A stretch of DNA of 64,000 bases, taken from Mobula hypostoma (lineage: Eukaryota). The stretch lies in assembly GCF_963921235.1 (NCBI RefSeq), contig NC_086109.1, positions 4,342,001 to 4,406,000 of the forward strand. Reading direction: 5' to 3'. The notes under the pieces are model-generated. The model had not been told where the DNA came from, made no database searches, and worked only from the letters and a program-made list of their open reading frames with translations. The translations under genes and the position numbers were made by a program. This document shows, piece by piece, positions 41,901 to 50,668 of the stretch (its first letter is position 1; each line of letters opens with the position of its first letter).

Positions 41901-43666
41901 TGTCTTCTCTAGATAGCCACAAAACAAAGAAAAACCATGGAAGTCATTCAAAGAAAAACATCAAACACCTCCTCCCCCCACACAAAACATACAAATCACC
42001 CAAAAGTTTTAAATTAGGGGGCTTAGGTGGGAGGTAGTTGTAAAAGGCACTTGCACACGGGTTTTGTGAAACCGTATGAACATAGAATATAGAACGTGGG
42101 ACAGTACAGCACAGGAACAGGCCCTTCGGCTGGCAGTGATTTGCTGAAACAGGTAAAAAATAAATCATAAACACCCAAACACTAATCCTTCTGACCTACT
42201 CCAAGTCCATATCCCTCCATCTTCCTGACATTCGTGTACCTATCCAAATATCTCTTAAAGCCCCTAATGCATTTGGCTCTACCACCACACCAGGCAGCAC
42301 ATTCCAGGCATCCACCTCTCTCTGAGTAAAAAACTTACCCCTCACTTCCCCGTAGTGAATCTCCACTAGTTACTCTATTCTGATCCTAGACTCTCCCTAT
42401 AGGAAACTTCCTCATGACATCCATTCTGGGCGTTTCAACATTAATAGGTTTCTATAAGATTTCCCCATCCTTCTAAACTCCAGTGACTAAAGACTCAGTG
42501 TCATCAAACACTCCTCATATGTTAACTCTTTCATTCCTGGGATAATCTATGACCCTCTCAGAAACAGTTCAGACGTAGTTCCTCCCTTGGTGGGGCTGCC
42601 TGGTTCAGAGGGCATGTGTTATCACAAGAGTCTCGGTAAGCAGGTTGTTTTCTCTGGAGCACCAGAGGCTGAGGGGAGATCTGAGAAAAGTTTACAAGAT
42701 TATGAGAGACGTCGAAAGAGTGGACAGAGAGTATCCGTTTCCCAAGGTTGAAATGTCTAATGCCAGAGGACATGCACTGAAGATAAGAGGGGGTAGGTTC
42801 GATTTGCTTTTTTGCAGATTCAGCATTGTGGGCTGACTGGTTTGTTCCTGTTCTGTACTGTTCTATGTTCTATGTTCGAATACAAGAGCTCCCCTTTAGA
42901 ACAGAGAGGAGGAGCAATTTCTTTAGCCAAAGAGTGGTGAACCTATGGAATTCATTGCCACAGACGGCTGTGGAGGCCAAATCATTGCGTATATTTAAAG
43001 TGGAGGTTGGTATGTTCTTGGTTAGTAAGTATATCAAAGTTACGGGGAGAAGTCAGGAGAATGGAGTTGAGCGGGTAAATAAATCAGCCGTGGTGGAATG
43101 GTGGAGCAGACTCAATGGGCCAAATGGCCTAGTTCTACTTTTATGTCTTCTGGAGATAGGTAACATTAGTTCTGGACTTCAGCAAGAAGAAGGTGAATTT
43201 CAATGGTGTAAGGTAGGACCAAGGAGATGGAAATTTACGTCACAGTACAGGTCTTTCACCCCATGATGTTGTGCCATTGTTGGAAACACAGGCACTCACA
43301 GGCTAGGTCTTGCGATACCAAGGTATTATATTGTAGCTTTTGTGGAAACACACTCATAATCCCTTCACACCGTCTGCTGACAGTTCATCAGACAGCATGC
43401 CCTGACTTCAGTTCCATGACATTCCCCTCAGGTGAGAGAGCAAAGATCTCAAAACATAATTTCTATTTTCTACTCCAGACGATCCTAAACGGACCATTTC
43501 AACATCAACCCGTGGTAATATAAACACCATAATTGAGTGGAGCCACGAAATAATTAAAGAGAAAAGAGAGATTATCCGAATGGAGCATCAACTTCTTCAA
43601 AGGGAAGAAAGAATCCTTTTAAAGTACCAAGCTATTGTTCGAAATCTTGAAATACTTCTTAACTGA
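4207..43666 (+). CDS. Partial multi-exon gene: secreted RCA-family protein, C4b-binding protein alpha-like (7 CCP/sushi domains in window plus C-terminal coiled coil); 5' end outside window
   Basis: Exons 4207-4303, 9816-9889, 11389-11574, 20763-20948, 26547-26726, 28354-28548, 34731-34910, 40295-40465 and 43479-43666 have AG acceptors and (except the terminal exon) GT donors, with compatible phases. They total 1457 nt and read without an internal stop. Each CCP has 4 Cys and all inter-domain linkers are 4 residues. The split first CCP and helical tail match the C4BPA layout; orthology is not proven. Confidence 0.85.
4845..7735. mobile_element. Cluster of CR1 fragments: two + strand 3' ends (about 4845-5245 and 5245-5530) and a longer - strand copy (about 5535-7735)
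   Basis: ORFs with [48 protein letters not shown] and endonuclease C-terminal [10 protein letters not shown] motifs. Confidence 0.85.
8792..8990. mobile_element. Minimal Penelope-derived insertion forming a perfect 68-bp inverted repeat
   Basis: Arms 8792-8859 and 8888-8955 are exact reverse complements and match the PLE terminal repeat. AATATGAAAAG is duplicated at 8784-8794 and 8991-9001. Confidence 0.85.
9057..9560. mobile_element. Non-autonomous TIR element (MITE), termini CAGACATCC.../...GGATGTCTG, 6-bp TSD AGTTTA
   Basis: AGTTTA at 9051-9056 and 9561-9566; inverted termini; other copies at 33582-34052 and about 578-778. Confidence 0.85.
9816..9889 (+). CDS. Exon: second half of split CCP (CCP2b-like), (G)[24 protein letters not shown]
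   Basis: Branch-like ctaac, tttctgtctag|G acceptor, C|gtaagt donor. 74 nt, phase 2 to phase 1, completes the CCP with W...P.C. Confidence 0.9.
11389..11574 (+). CDS. Exon: CCP3-like, [13 protein letters not shown]...[31 protein letters not shown]
   Basis: tttgccag| acceptor and G|gtaatc donor; 186 nt, phase 1-1; canonical sushi pattern including Trp (ORF 11382..11669). Confidence 0.93.
13560..20400 (-). mobile_element. Near full-length decayed CR1 LINE (ORF1 esterase/zinc-finger to 3' tail), interrupted by a + strand CR1
   Basis: 3' tail (catagaa)n at 13557-13585. RT/ORF2 pieces at 13.7-15.5 kb. Endonuclease resumes at about 18620. ORF1 motifs [17 protein letters not shown] and FRFLDHW, and [13 protein letters not shown], at 19.4-20.4 kb. 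Confidence 0.85.
15498..18615 (+). mobile_element. CR1 LINE (end of ORF1 plus almost all of ORF2 with stops/frameshifts), nested antisense in another CR1
   Basis: [18 protein letters not shown] (APE start), ORF 16918..17694 RT motifs, 3' UTR ending ttctatgttctat. Confidence 0.92.
20763..20948 (+). CDS. Exon: CCP4-like, [15 protein letters not shown]...[32 protein letters not shown]
   Basis: ttttctccaagcag| acceptor and A|gtgagt donor; 186 nt, phase 1-1; 4-Cys sushi pattern (ORF 20594..20956). Confidence 0.92.
21007..22145 (-). mobile_element. Penelope-like element, 5'-truncated with inverted terminal segment and 14-bp TSD
   Basis: Reverse complement of the 44088-45004 copy. 22075-22140 is an inverted copy of about 21053-21120. 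TTTGTTGAAAGGTT is repeated at 20993-21006 and 22146-22159. Confidence 0.88.
21104..21139 (-). ncRNA. Minimal hammerhead ribozyme motif (second copy)
   Basis: Reverse complement reads AGTC-CTGACGA-AGGGTCTCGGCCT-GAAA-CGTC-GACT. Confidence 0.7.
22975..24322 (+). mobile_element. CR1 3' half inserted into a Tc1-type MITE
   Basis: ORFs 22855..23229, 23365..23598 and 23608..24243 carry CR1 RT motifs. Flanks 22630-22972 and 24323-24440 join to match the element at 46381-46898. Confidence 0.88.
24725..26445 (+). mobile_element. Older Penelope-like fragment (decayed GIY-YIG, degenerate hammerhead at about 26307-26342) split by a Rex1/Babar-type insertion
   Basis: 24745-25010 resembles 44295-44565. 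The sequence resumes after 26297 with ctgaagaagggtctcggcctgaaatgtc and the same 3' end (atttccagcatctgcaga). Confidence 0.7.
25249..26297 (+). mobile_element. Rex1/Babar-type non-LTR retrotransposon, 5'-truncated, young
   Basis: Uninterrupted 297-aa ORF with RT motifs ([15 protein letters not shown] for the FSDD/YADD motif) and a C-terminal region; 3' aataaag(tatgac)n tail. Confidence 0.85.
26547..26726 (+). CDS. Exon: CCP5-like, [17 protein letters not shown]...[32 protein letters not shown]
   Basis: tcttggcag| acceptor and A|gtaagt donor; 180 nt, phase 1-1 (ORF 26540..26803). Confidence 0.9.
28354..28548 (+). CDS. Exon: CCP6-like with Tyr-rich loop, [40 protein letters not shown]...PHPPTCTS
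   Basis: actaac branch point, ccttttctgcag| acceptor and G|gtaagg donor; 195 nt, phase 1-1. Confidence 0.92.
28667..29365 (+). repeat. G-rich minisatellite, 47-48-bp unit, about 14 copies; degenerate G-rich tail to about 29710
   Basis: Unit gggatggactggggttggggttgggtttgactggaattggtttgggct. Confidence 0.95.
29850..32905 (+). mobile_element. Old CR1 (ORF1 zinc finger/coiled coil/esterase plus ORF2 debris), interrupted by a Tc1-like element
   Basis: ORF 29975..30463 ECPSCEMWE...[12 protein letters not shown]...VIQDSMDRG; later KGLKVDK...HPRVLK and [12 protein letters not shown]. Confidence 0.75.
30580..31204. mobile_element. Internally deleted Tc1-like element with both TIRs
   Basis: ta-cactgcctatgaaaagtattcaccacccttggaa ... 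ttccaagggggacgaatactttttatgggcactg-ta; left part resembles 3272-3475. Confidence 0.7.
33582..34052. mobile_element. Second copy of the CAGACATCC MITE, opposite orientation
   Basis: Reverse complement of 9057-9560; flanks GAATCT/GAATCC (6 bp, 1 mismatch). Confidence 0.85.
34283..34514 (+). mobile_element. 3' end fragment of the same Rex1/Babar-type family
   Basis: Close match to 26057-26297, including the (tatgac)n tail. Confidence 0.8.
34731..34910 (+). CDS. Exon: CCP7-like, [16 protein letters not shown]...[32 protein letters not shown]
   Basis: ttcctctccaacag| acceptor and G|gtaagc donor; 180 nt, phase 1-1 (ORF 34730..35068). Confidence 0.92.
35451..35998 (+). repeat. C/A-rich minisatellite, about 42-bp unit, about 13 copies
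   Basis: Unit aacatcaaaccccaaacccccagcccaccaatcagcaataag. Confidence 0.95.
36609..37212 (-). mobile_element. Chapaev3-like (CMC) DNA transposon remnant
   Basis: ORF 36777..36986 [16 protein letters not shown]....[23 protein letters not shown]; terminus ...gtccagtg-tta. Superfamily assigned from recalled motifs, not from a search. Confidence 0.6.
37303..37766 (+). mobile_element. Young CR1 3' end; related copies at about 60830-61220 (+) and 48915-49150 (-)
   Basis: Intact ORF2 C-terminus (ORF 37301..37669) and (tttctatg)n tail; high similarity among the three copies. Confidence 0.88.
38384..39185 (+). repeat. Interrupted (GA)n microsatellite, about 800 bp, with higher-order structure
   Basis: Nearly pure purine tract with recurring gattca, gata and gaata interruptions. 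Confidence 0.95.
39200..39836 (+). mobile_element. Decayed Rex1/Babar-type LINE fragment
   Basis: DDTTVVG-like RT motif; [14 protein letters not shown]...LQKVVDSA translation. Confidence 0.65.
40295..40465 (+). CDS. Exon: CCP8-like, [32 protein letters not shown]...[16 protein letters not shown]
   Basis: tcttctgcag| acceptor and G|gtaagg donor; 171 nt, phase 1-1 (ORF 40294..40500). Confidence 0.9.
43479..43666 (+). CDS. Terminal coding exon: short S/T linker plus heptad coiled coil, [62 protein letters not shown]
   Basis: Strong acceptor tttctattttctactccag|AC, phase 1, matching the CCP8 donor. Open to TGA at 43664-43666. Hydrophobic pairs recur every 7 residues. Non-repetitive sequence followed by AATAAA. 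Translated manually; not in the ORF track. Confidence 0.8.
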
Positions 43667-43785
43667 ACAAGCATCCCCAAAACGTTTTGAAGTTCTGTTC
43701 AGTTGTTAATGCAAATGTATTTTACTGACAATGCCACAAGTTGATTCTATTGACATTACTGAGGGCATACATTTTTTTCTTCTGA

Positions 43786-43791
43786 AATAAA
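43786..43791 (+). terminator. Polyadenylation signal AATAAA of the CCP gene
   Basis: AATAAA about 120 nt after the stop codon, with a T-rich tract (ctttgattttatt) downstream. Confidence 0.65.
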
Positions 43792-44087
43792 GTTCGGCAA
43801 AAAGGGTCTACTTTGATTTTATTGGTCATTACCAGGATGACAGCAATGAGCAAAAGAGTCATAAAGCACAGGCCTTTCAACCCAACACATCAATGCTGAC
43901 CATTGCCCAAAGAGCTAGTCCCATCTGCCCATCAGCATCAGGTTTACGATCACTGGCATACATTGTAAAATTTGTTGCTTTGCAGCAGCATCCTACACAA
44001 GGACTACAAAGTCCCTTTGCACTTCAGCTTTTTGTATTTTCTCTCCAGTTAGCAAATAGACAACTCTTTCATTTCTTCTACCAAAGT

Positions 44088-45004
44088 CCCTACGCGACTC
44101 CCTTGTCCATTCGTTTCCCACCCACCATCCCTCCCCACTGATCTCCCTCCTGGCACTTATCCTTGTAAGTGGAACAAGTGCTACACATGCCCTTACACTT
44201 CCTCCCTCACCACCATTCAGGGCCCCAGACAGTCCGTCCAGGTGAGGCGACACTTCACCTGTGAGTCGACTGGGGTGATATACTGCGTCCGGTGCTCCCG
44301 ATGTGGCCTTCTATATATTGGCGAGACCCGACGCAGACTGGGAAATCGTTTTGCTGAACACCTACGCTCTGTCCGCCAGAGAAAGCAGGATCTCCCAGTG
44401 GCCACACATTTTAATTCCACATCCCATTCCCATTCTGATATGTCTATTCACGGCCTCCTCTACTGTAAAGATGAAACCACACTCAGGTTGGAGGAACAAC
44501 CCCTTATATTCCATCTGGGTAGCCTCCAACCTGATGGCATGAGCACTGACTTCTCTAACTTCCACTAATGCCCCACCTCCTCCTCGTACCCCATCCTTTA
44601 TTTATTTATATACACACATTCTTTCTCTCTCTCTCCTTTTTCTCCCTCTGTCCCTTTGACTATACCCCTTGCCCATCCTCTGGGTTTTCCCCCCCCTCCC
44701 CATTTTCCTTCTCCCTGGGCCTCCTGTCCCATGATCCTCTCATATCCCTTTTGCCAATCACCTGTCCAGCTCTCGGCTCCATCCCTCCCCCTCCTGTCTT
44801 CTCCTATCGTTTTGGATCTCCCCCTCCCCCTCCCACTTTCAAATCTCTTACTAGCTCTTCCTTCAGTTAGTCCTGACGAAGGGTCTCGGCCCGAAACGTC
44901 GACTGTACCTCTTCCTAGAGATGCTGCCTAGCCTGCTGCATTCACCAGCAACTTTGATATGTGTTGCTTCAATTTCCAGCATCTGCAGAATTCCTCGTCT
45001 TTGC
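44088..45004 (+). mobile_element. Penelope-like retroelement, 3' portion (GIY-YIG endonuclease plus terminal repeat)
   Basis: ORF 44242..44568 [36 protein letters not shown] is a PLE-type GIY-YIG with CxxC; followed by a pyrimidine-rich UTR and the hammerhead. Inserted into a minus-strand CR1 remnant. Confidence 0.88.
44869..44904 (+). ncRNA. Minimal type I hammerhead ribozyme motif in a Penelope-like element 3' repeat
   Basis: AGTC-CTGACGA-A-GGGtctcggCCC-GAAA-CGTC-GACT: both conserved core boxes, stem I AGTC/GACT, stem II GGG/CCC, GUC cleavage triplet, palindromic ACGT in vestigial stem III. Confidence 0.75.
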
Positions 45005-46340
45005 GTAATAACTTTTTTAGTTGCCTTCTGATGGTATTTGAAAGCTTCCCAATTCTCTAACTTTTTGCTGTATTATATGCCCTCCCTTTGGTTTTTATGT
45101 TAGTTGTGATTTCTCTTATTAGCCCTGATTATATCATCTCGTCTTTAGAATAATTCTTCCTCTTTGGGATGTATAGATCTCGTGCCTTCCAAATTGCTTC
45201 CAGAAATTCCAGCCATTGCTTCTCTGCCATCATCCCTGCCAGTGTTCCCTTCCAATAAATTCTGGCCAGCTCCTCTCACACACTTCTGTAATTCCCTTTA
45301 CTGCTCTGTAATACTAATACATTTGACTTTATCATCTGCTTCTCAAAATTCAAAATGAATTCAGTCATATTATGATCACATTTCCCTACAGGTTCTTTTA
45401 AGCTCTCTCAGCAATTCTGCATCATTGCACAATACCCAGTCCAGAATAATTGAACCTCCAGTGAGCTCAACCACGAGCTGCTCGAAAAAGTCATCTCATA
45501 GGCACTGTAGAAATTCCTCCTCTTGGAATCCAGCACGAACCTGATTTACACAATCTACCTGCATATTGAAGTCCCCCATGACTGTTGTAAATCTTCCCTT
45601 TTGGAATGCATTTTCTATCTCCCATTGTAATTTGTCGATCACATCCTTACTATTATTTGGGGGTCTGTATAAACTCCCATCAGAGTCATTTTATCCTTGC
45701 AGTTCCTTAAGTCTATCCACAATGATGCAGCACTTTCCAACCCTATGTCAACTCTCTCTAATGATCTGATTTCATATTTTACCAATGGAGCACTCCGCTC
45801 CCTCTACCTTCCTGCCTGTCCTTTCAATGCATTGCATATCCTTGGACATTAAGCTCCTAGCAATGATATTCTTTTTGCCCTGATTCAGTGATGCCCACAA
45901 CATCATTAATGCGCAGCTACAAGTTCACCTACTTTATTCCATATACCGTATGCATTCAAATATAACACGTTGAGTCCTGTATTCACCCTTTTTGATTTTG
46001 TCTGCTTTTTACATTGCAAATTATCCTGCTGACTGTAATTTTGGCCTGTCAGCCTCTCCTTGCCTCTGTTTGTAAATCAACTATCTCATTTTCAGCTCTA
46101 TCACTCCAGTTCCTACACCACCACCACCCACCCGAACAACTCGAGCCAACCTGCCCACAAAGATGTTGAATACCCTCTGGCTCAGGTGTAACCCATCCCT
46201 TTTGTAAAGGTCATCCCTTCCCCAGAACAGATCCCAATGATCCATAAATCTGAACCCCTGCCCCCTGTACCATTTCCCCAGCCGTGCATTCGTCTGTCAA
46301 ATCATCCTATTCTTACCCTCACTGGCGCGTGGCACAGGCA
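45005..46340 (-). mobile_element. Decayed CR1 5' portion (ORF1 end plus APE endonuclease)
   Basis: Similar to the reverse complement of 15500-16500 (gtcccccatgact, cccaatgatccataaatctgaacccctg). Confidence 0.7.
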
Positions 46341-46380
46341 GCAATCCAGAGATTACCTCCCACATGTGTGTGTGTGTGTT

Positions 46381-46898
46381 GTACTGTGCAAGTCTTAGGC
46401 ACGTATATATAGCTAGGGTGCCTAAGACTTTTGCACAGTACTGTACTAATTTTATGTATTGCACTGTACTGCTGCTGCGAAAACAAAGTCATGGCCTCTG
46501 TGAGTGATGATCAACCTGATTCTGATACGGGTCTCTATTGTGGACTGAGAGTGGGAAGGGGACAGGGAGAGGGGAATCACGGCTGGGAAAAGGGGAAGGG
46601 AGAGGGGAGGGAGCGGGAAGCGCAGGAGAGACATTCTGTAATGATCAGTAAACCAATTGTTTGTAATCAAATTGCTTTGTCTGCTGTCTCAGGGCTGGGT
46701 GCGTCTGTACCTACGCCACACTCTGCCCCTGGCACTCCTTCTGTGCCACCTGTCCCACACCCCTCCTGCGGCGCTCCACGCTCCCCATTCCCAACATTCT
46801 TTGCTCCTGCCAGATTTACAAACTCACTCGCCGTCCACGCTGACAAGTACAGTACTGTGCAAATGTCTTAGGCACCCCAAGACATTTGCTCAGTACTT
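46381..46898. mobile_element. Tc1/mariner-type non-autonomous element with TIR hairpins (cagtactgtgcaaaagtcttaggcac-like) at both ends
   Basis: Self-complementary TIR pairs at about 46382-46440 and 46849-46897; an inverted homologue lies at 22630-22972/24323-24440. Confidence 0.65.
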
Positions 46899-47706
46899 TA
46901 AATAAATAGTGCAAAAAGATGTTAAAAAAAATAAAAATAGTGAGGTCGTGTTCATGGGCTCAATGTCCATTCAGAGATCTAGTGGCAGAGGGGAAGAAGC
47001 TGTTCCTGAATCATTGAGTATGTGTCTTCAGATTCTTGTACGTCCTGCTTGATGGTAGCAATGAGAAAAGAAGAGGGTATGTTCTGGGTGATGGGTTCTT
47101 AATGATGGGTGCCACCTTTTACAGACACCTCCTTTTGAAGATGTCCTCTAAACTTCTCTTATCCTTGTGCTTATCTAGATGAGTTTTAAATGGTGACGAG
47201 AGAGTATGCGGGAGCGAGATAGAACATAGAACGGTACAGCACAGGAACAGGCCATTTGGCCCACAAAGTTGTACTGAACCAGATAAAAAGCAAATCAAAA
47301 ACATCCAAAACACTAATCCCACCTGCCTACACAATGTCCACATCCTCCCATCTTCATGTGCCTTTCTATACATCTCTTAAAAGTCTCTAATGTATATGCC
47401 TCTAGCACTATACCAGGTAGTGCATTCCAGGCAGCCACCATTCTCTCAGTAAAAAAAACAATTACCCCTCACCTCCCCCTTGAATCTACCCTCTTTCACC
47501 TTCAATGCATGCCTTCTGGTATTAGACATTTCAACCCTGGGAAACAGATACTCTCTGTGCACTCAATCTATGCCTCTCAAAATCCTATAAACCTCTATCA
47601 GATCTCCCTTCAGTCTCCGCTGCTCCAGAGAAAACAACCAAGGTTTATCCAGCCTCTCATGAAGGCACATGCCCTCCAAGCCAGTTAGCATCCTGGTAAA
47701 CCAGTT

Positions 47707-48098
47707 TCCAAAGCCTCAACCTCGTCTGCACCCGCTCCAAAGCCTCAACCTCGTCTGCACCCTCTCCAAAACCTCAACCTCTTCTGCACCCTCTCCAAAG
47801 CCTCAACCTCTTCTGCACCCTCTCCAAAGCCTCAACCTCTTCTGCACCGTTTCCAAACCCTCAACCTCTTCTGCACCGTCTCCAAATCCTCAACCTCTTC
47901 TGCACCGTCTCCAAAGCCTCAACCTCGTCTGCACCGTCTCCAAAGCCTCAACCTCGTCTGCACCCTCTCCAAAGCCTCAACCTCGTCTGCACCCTCTCCA
48001 AAGCCTCAACCTCTTCTGCACCCTCTCCAAAGCCTCAACCTCTTCTGTACCCTCTCCAAAGCCTCAACCTCGTCTGCACCCTCTCCAAAGCCTCAACA
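47707..48098 (+). repeat. 29-bp tandem repeat, about 13 copies, derived from CR1 sequence
   Basis: Unit tccaaagcctcaacctcttctgcaccctc; a single copy of the same sequence sits in the CR1 at about 56755-56785. Confidence 0.92.
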
Positions 48099-48114
48099 TA
48101 TTTCCGATAATGAG

Positions 48115-48780
48115 GCGATATGTCAGCTGGTTGAATAGTATTGCAGCAACAACCTTACACTCAACATCAATAAGACCAAAGAACAGATTGTGGACTTCAG
48201 AAAGAGTGAGAACGAGGGAACACACACCTGCCCTCAGAGAGGGATCAGAACTGGAGCGTGGGAGCAATTCCAAGTTCCTGTGTCAATATGGGCCAAACAT
48301 ATCGCTGTAGCTACAAAGAAGGCACAGGAGCAGCTATATTTCATTCAGAGTCTGAGAAGATTTGGTGTATCACCAAAGATGCTCGCAAATTTCTACAGGT
48401 GAACTGTGGAGAGCATTCTAACTGGCTGTATCACCATCTGGTATGTGGGGGTGGGGGGCATTGCACAGGATCGAACTATGCTGCAGAAAGTTGTAAACTC
48501 GGTCAGCTCCATCATGCGTTCTAGTCTCCCCAGCATCCAGGATCACTTCAGAGGATGATGGCTCAAAAAGGCGGCATCCGTCATTAAGGACCCCCATCAC
48601 CCAGGACATGTCCTCTTCTCATTGCTACCATCAGGGAGGAGGTACAGAAGCCTGAAGGCACACACTCAGTGTCTCAGGAACAGTGTCTTTCCCACTGGCA
48701 TTCGATTTCTGAATGGATATTGACCCCGGGAACAACCTCACTACCGTTTTTATTTTCATTTTTGCACTACTTATTTAACA
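48115..48780 (+). mobile_element. Decayed Rex1/Babar-type LINE fragment
   Basis: KKAQEQLYFIQSLRRFGVSPKMLANFYR, plus a downstream LLPSGRRYRSL-type segment. Confidence 0.65.
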
Positions 48781-49999
48781 ATTTAACAACTTATTTATAA
48801 TTTAACAATTTTATATATATATGTGTGTGTAATACACTGTAATACACTGTTTTTATTATTATTATGTATTGTAATGTTTTTTCTCGTCCGTGGTGTTGAG
48901 ACTAGTGCGTGATTACATAGAAAAAACATAGAAAACATAGAAAATAGATGCAGGAGTAGGCCATTCGGCCCTTCGAGCCTGCACCGCCATTTATTATGAT
49001 CATGGCTGATCATCCAACTCAGAACCCCGCCCCAGCCTTCCCTCCATATCCTCTGATCCCCCTAGCCACAAGGGCCATATCTAACTCCCTCTTAAATATA
49101 GCCAATGAACTGGCCTCAACTGTTTCCTGTGGCAGAGAATGCCACAGATTTGGATTTAAGTGAGGGAGAGTTGCACAGTGTCAGCCTCACTCTCTCTTCC
49201 CAATTCCCATCTGGATCCAGTGGCAAGACAGAGTCAAGGCGACTGGAGATGGGACTAGGCGCAGTGGATGACCAGGACGTCTTCTGTGTCTTGTCCTGAT
49301 CTACACGTTCCACGACGCTTGCAGAGACCGCCTTCGTGACCATTGGACCTTCCATTGGTCTCGTCCGCTCAATCCGCCGGAGTCTGTCTTCACATGCTGG
49401 GATAGACAACTCCCTATCTCACTGAGGGTTTGAGACCCGTCGGCTACCCTCACCCGGTTTAGCCAGCTTGTTGAAGCCGTTGCCCGGGGTGTGGCCGCTG
49501 TCGCATGCAAACAGCTACGGGGAGCCACAGGTGAGAGCTGAGTGCCAGATGGGGACCAAAGGCGGACTAATCGTCTTGAAAAGGACACGACATGTTCCCC
49601 CACCAGAGGTGTTACCCCTCCCTGACACCTCATACACCTCATGTGTTGCAATGTACTGCTATTGCAAAGACATCAAATTTCACAACATATGACGCTGATA
49701 TTAAACCCGACTCTGCTGCTGATTGTGATTCTGATCTTCAGCACCCCCTCCCCGAGAAAAAGACTACGTGCCTCCACCCTGTCTGTCATCAATCTCATCC
49801 ATTCCAGGGAGTAAAGTCCTCATCCACACAATCTCTCCTTGCACCTAGGCCCCAAATCCAGTCAGTATCCTGGTCAATCCTTCTAGCACAGACGTTAAAA
49901 ACCCTCTTTGTTGGAGTTGCAGCATTCTGCGATGACTGACAAGGCAGCTTTCCTGCAGTGGGTAAGGAGTCACTGGGGTCAAGTTTCTGAGATCAGAGA

Positions 50000-50668
50000 A
50001 AGTAGATACCTGACTTGGTCCAACCAAGCAGAGTCCACTGCCAAGAAGGCCCACCAGCGCCTTTACTTCCTGAGAAAGCTAAAGAAATTTGGCCTGACCC
50101 CTAAAACCCTCACGTATTTTTATAGATGCACCGTAGAAAGCATTCTTCTAGGGTGCATCACAACCTGGTGTGGAAGTTGTCCTGTCCAAGACCGGAAGAA
50201 GCTGCAGAAGATCGTGAACACAGCACAGCACATCACACAAACCAATCTTCCGTCCTTGGACTCACTTTACACCGCACGCTGTCGGAGCAGTGCTGCCAGG
50301 ATAATCAAGGACACGACCCACCCAGCCAACACACTCTTCGTCCCTCTTCCCTCTGGGAGAAGGCTCAGGAGCTTGAAGACTCGTACGGCCAGACTTGGGA
50401 ACAGCTTCTTTACAATTGGATAAGACTGCTGAACGGATCCTGACCCGGATCTGGGCCATACCCTCCAAATATCCGGACCTGCATCTCAGTTTTTTTTGCA
50501 CTACCTTACTTTCCCTTTTCTATTTTCTATTTATGATTTATAATTTAAATTTTTAATATTTACTATCGATTTGTAATCCAGGGAGCGGGAAGTACAGAAT
50601 CAAATATCACTGTGATGATTGTACATCATAGTATCAATTGTTTGGTGACAATAAAGTATAAAGTATAT
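50000..50668 (+). mobile_element. Rex1/Babar-type LINE 3' fragment (different subfamily)
   Basis: ORF 49908..50423 KKAHQRLYFLRKLKKFGL...FYRCTVESILLGCITTW; tail aataaagtataaagtata. Confidence 0.75.

Noticed and set aside
47669..48310. 213-aa Ser/Pro-rich ORF as an STP stalk for the CCP gene; also regular repeats superficially like CRISPR
   Set aside because: Spacer-less 29-bp tandem repeat derived from CR1, downstream of the poly(A) signal; eukaryotic context with no cas genes.
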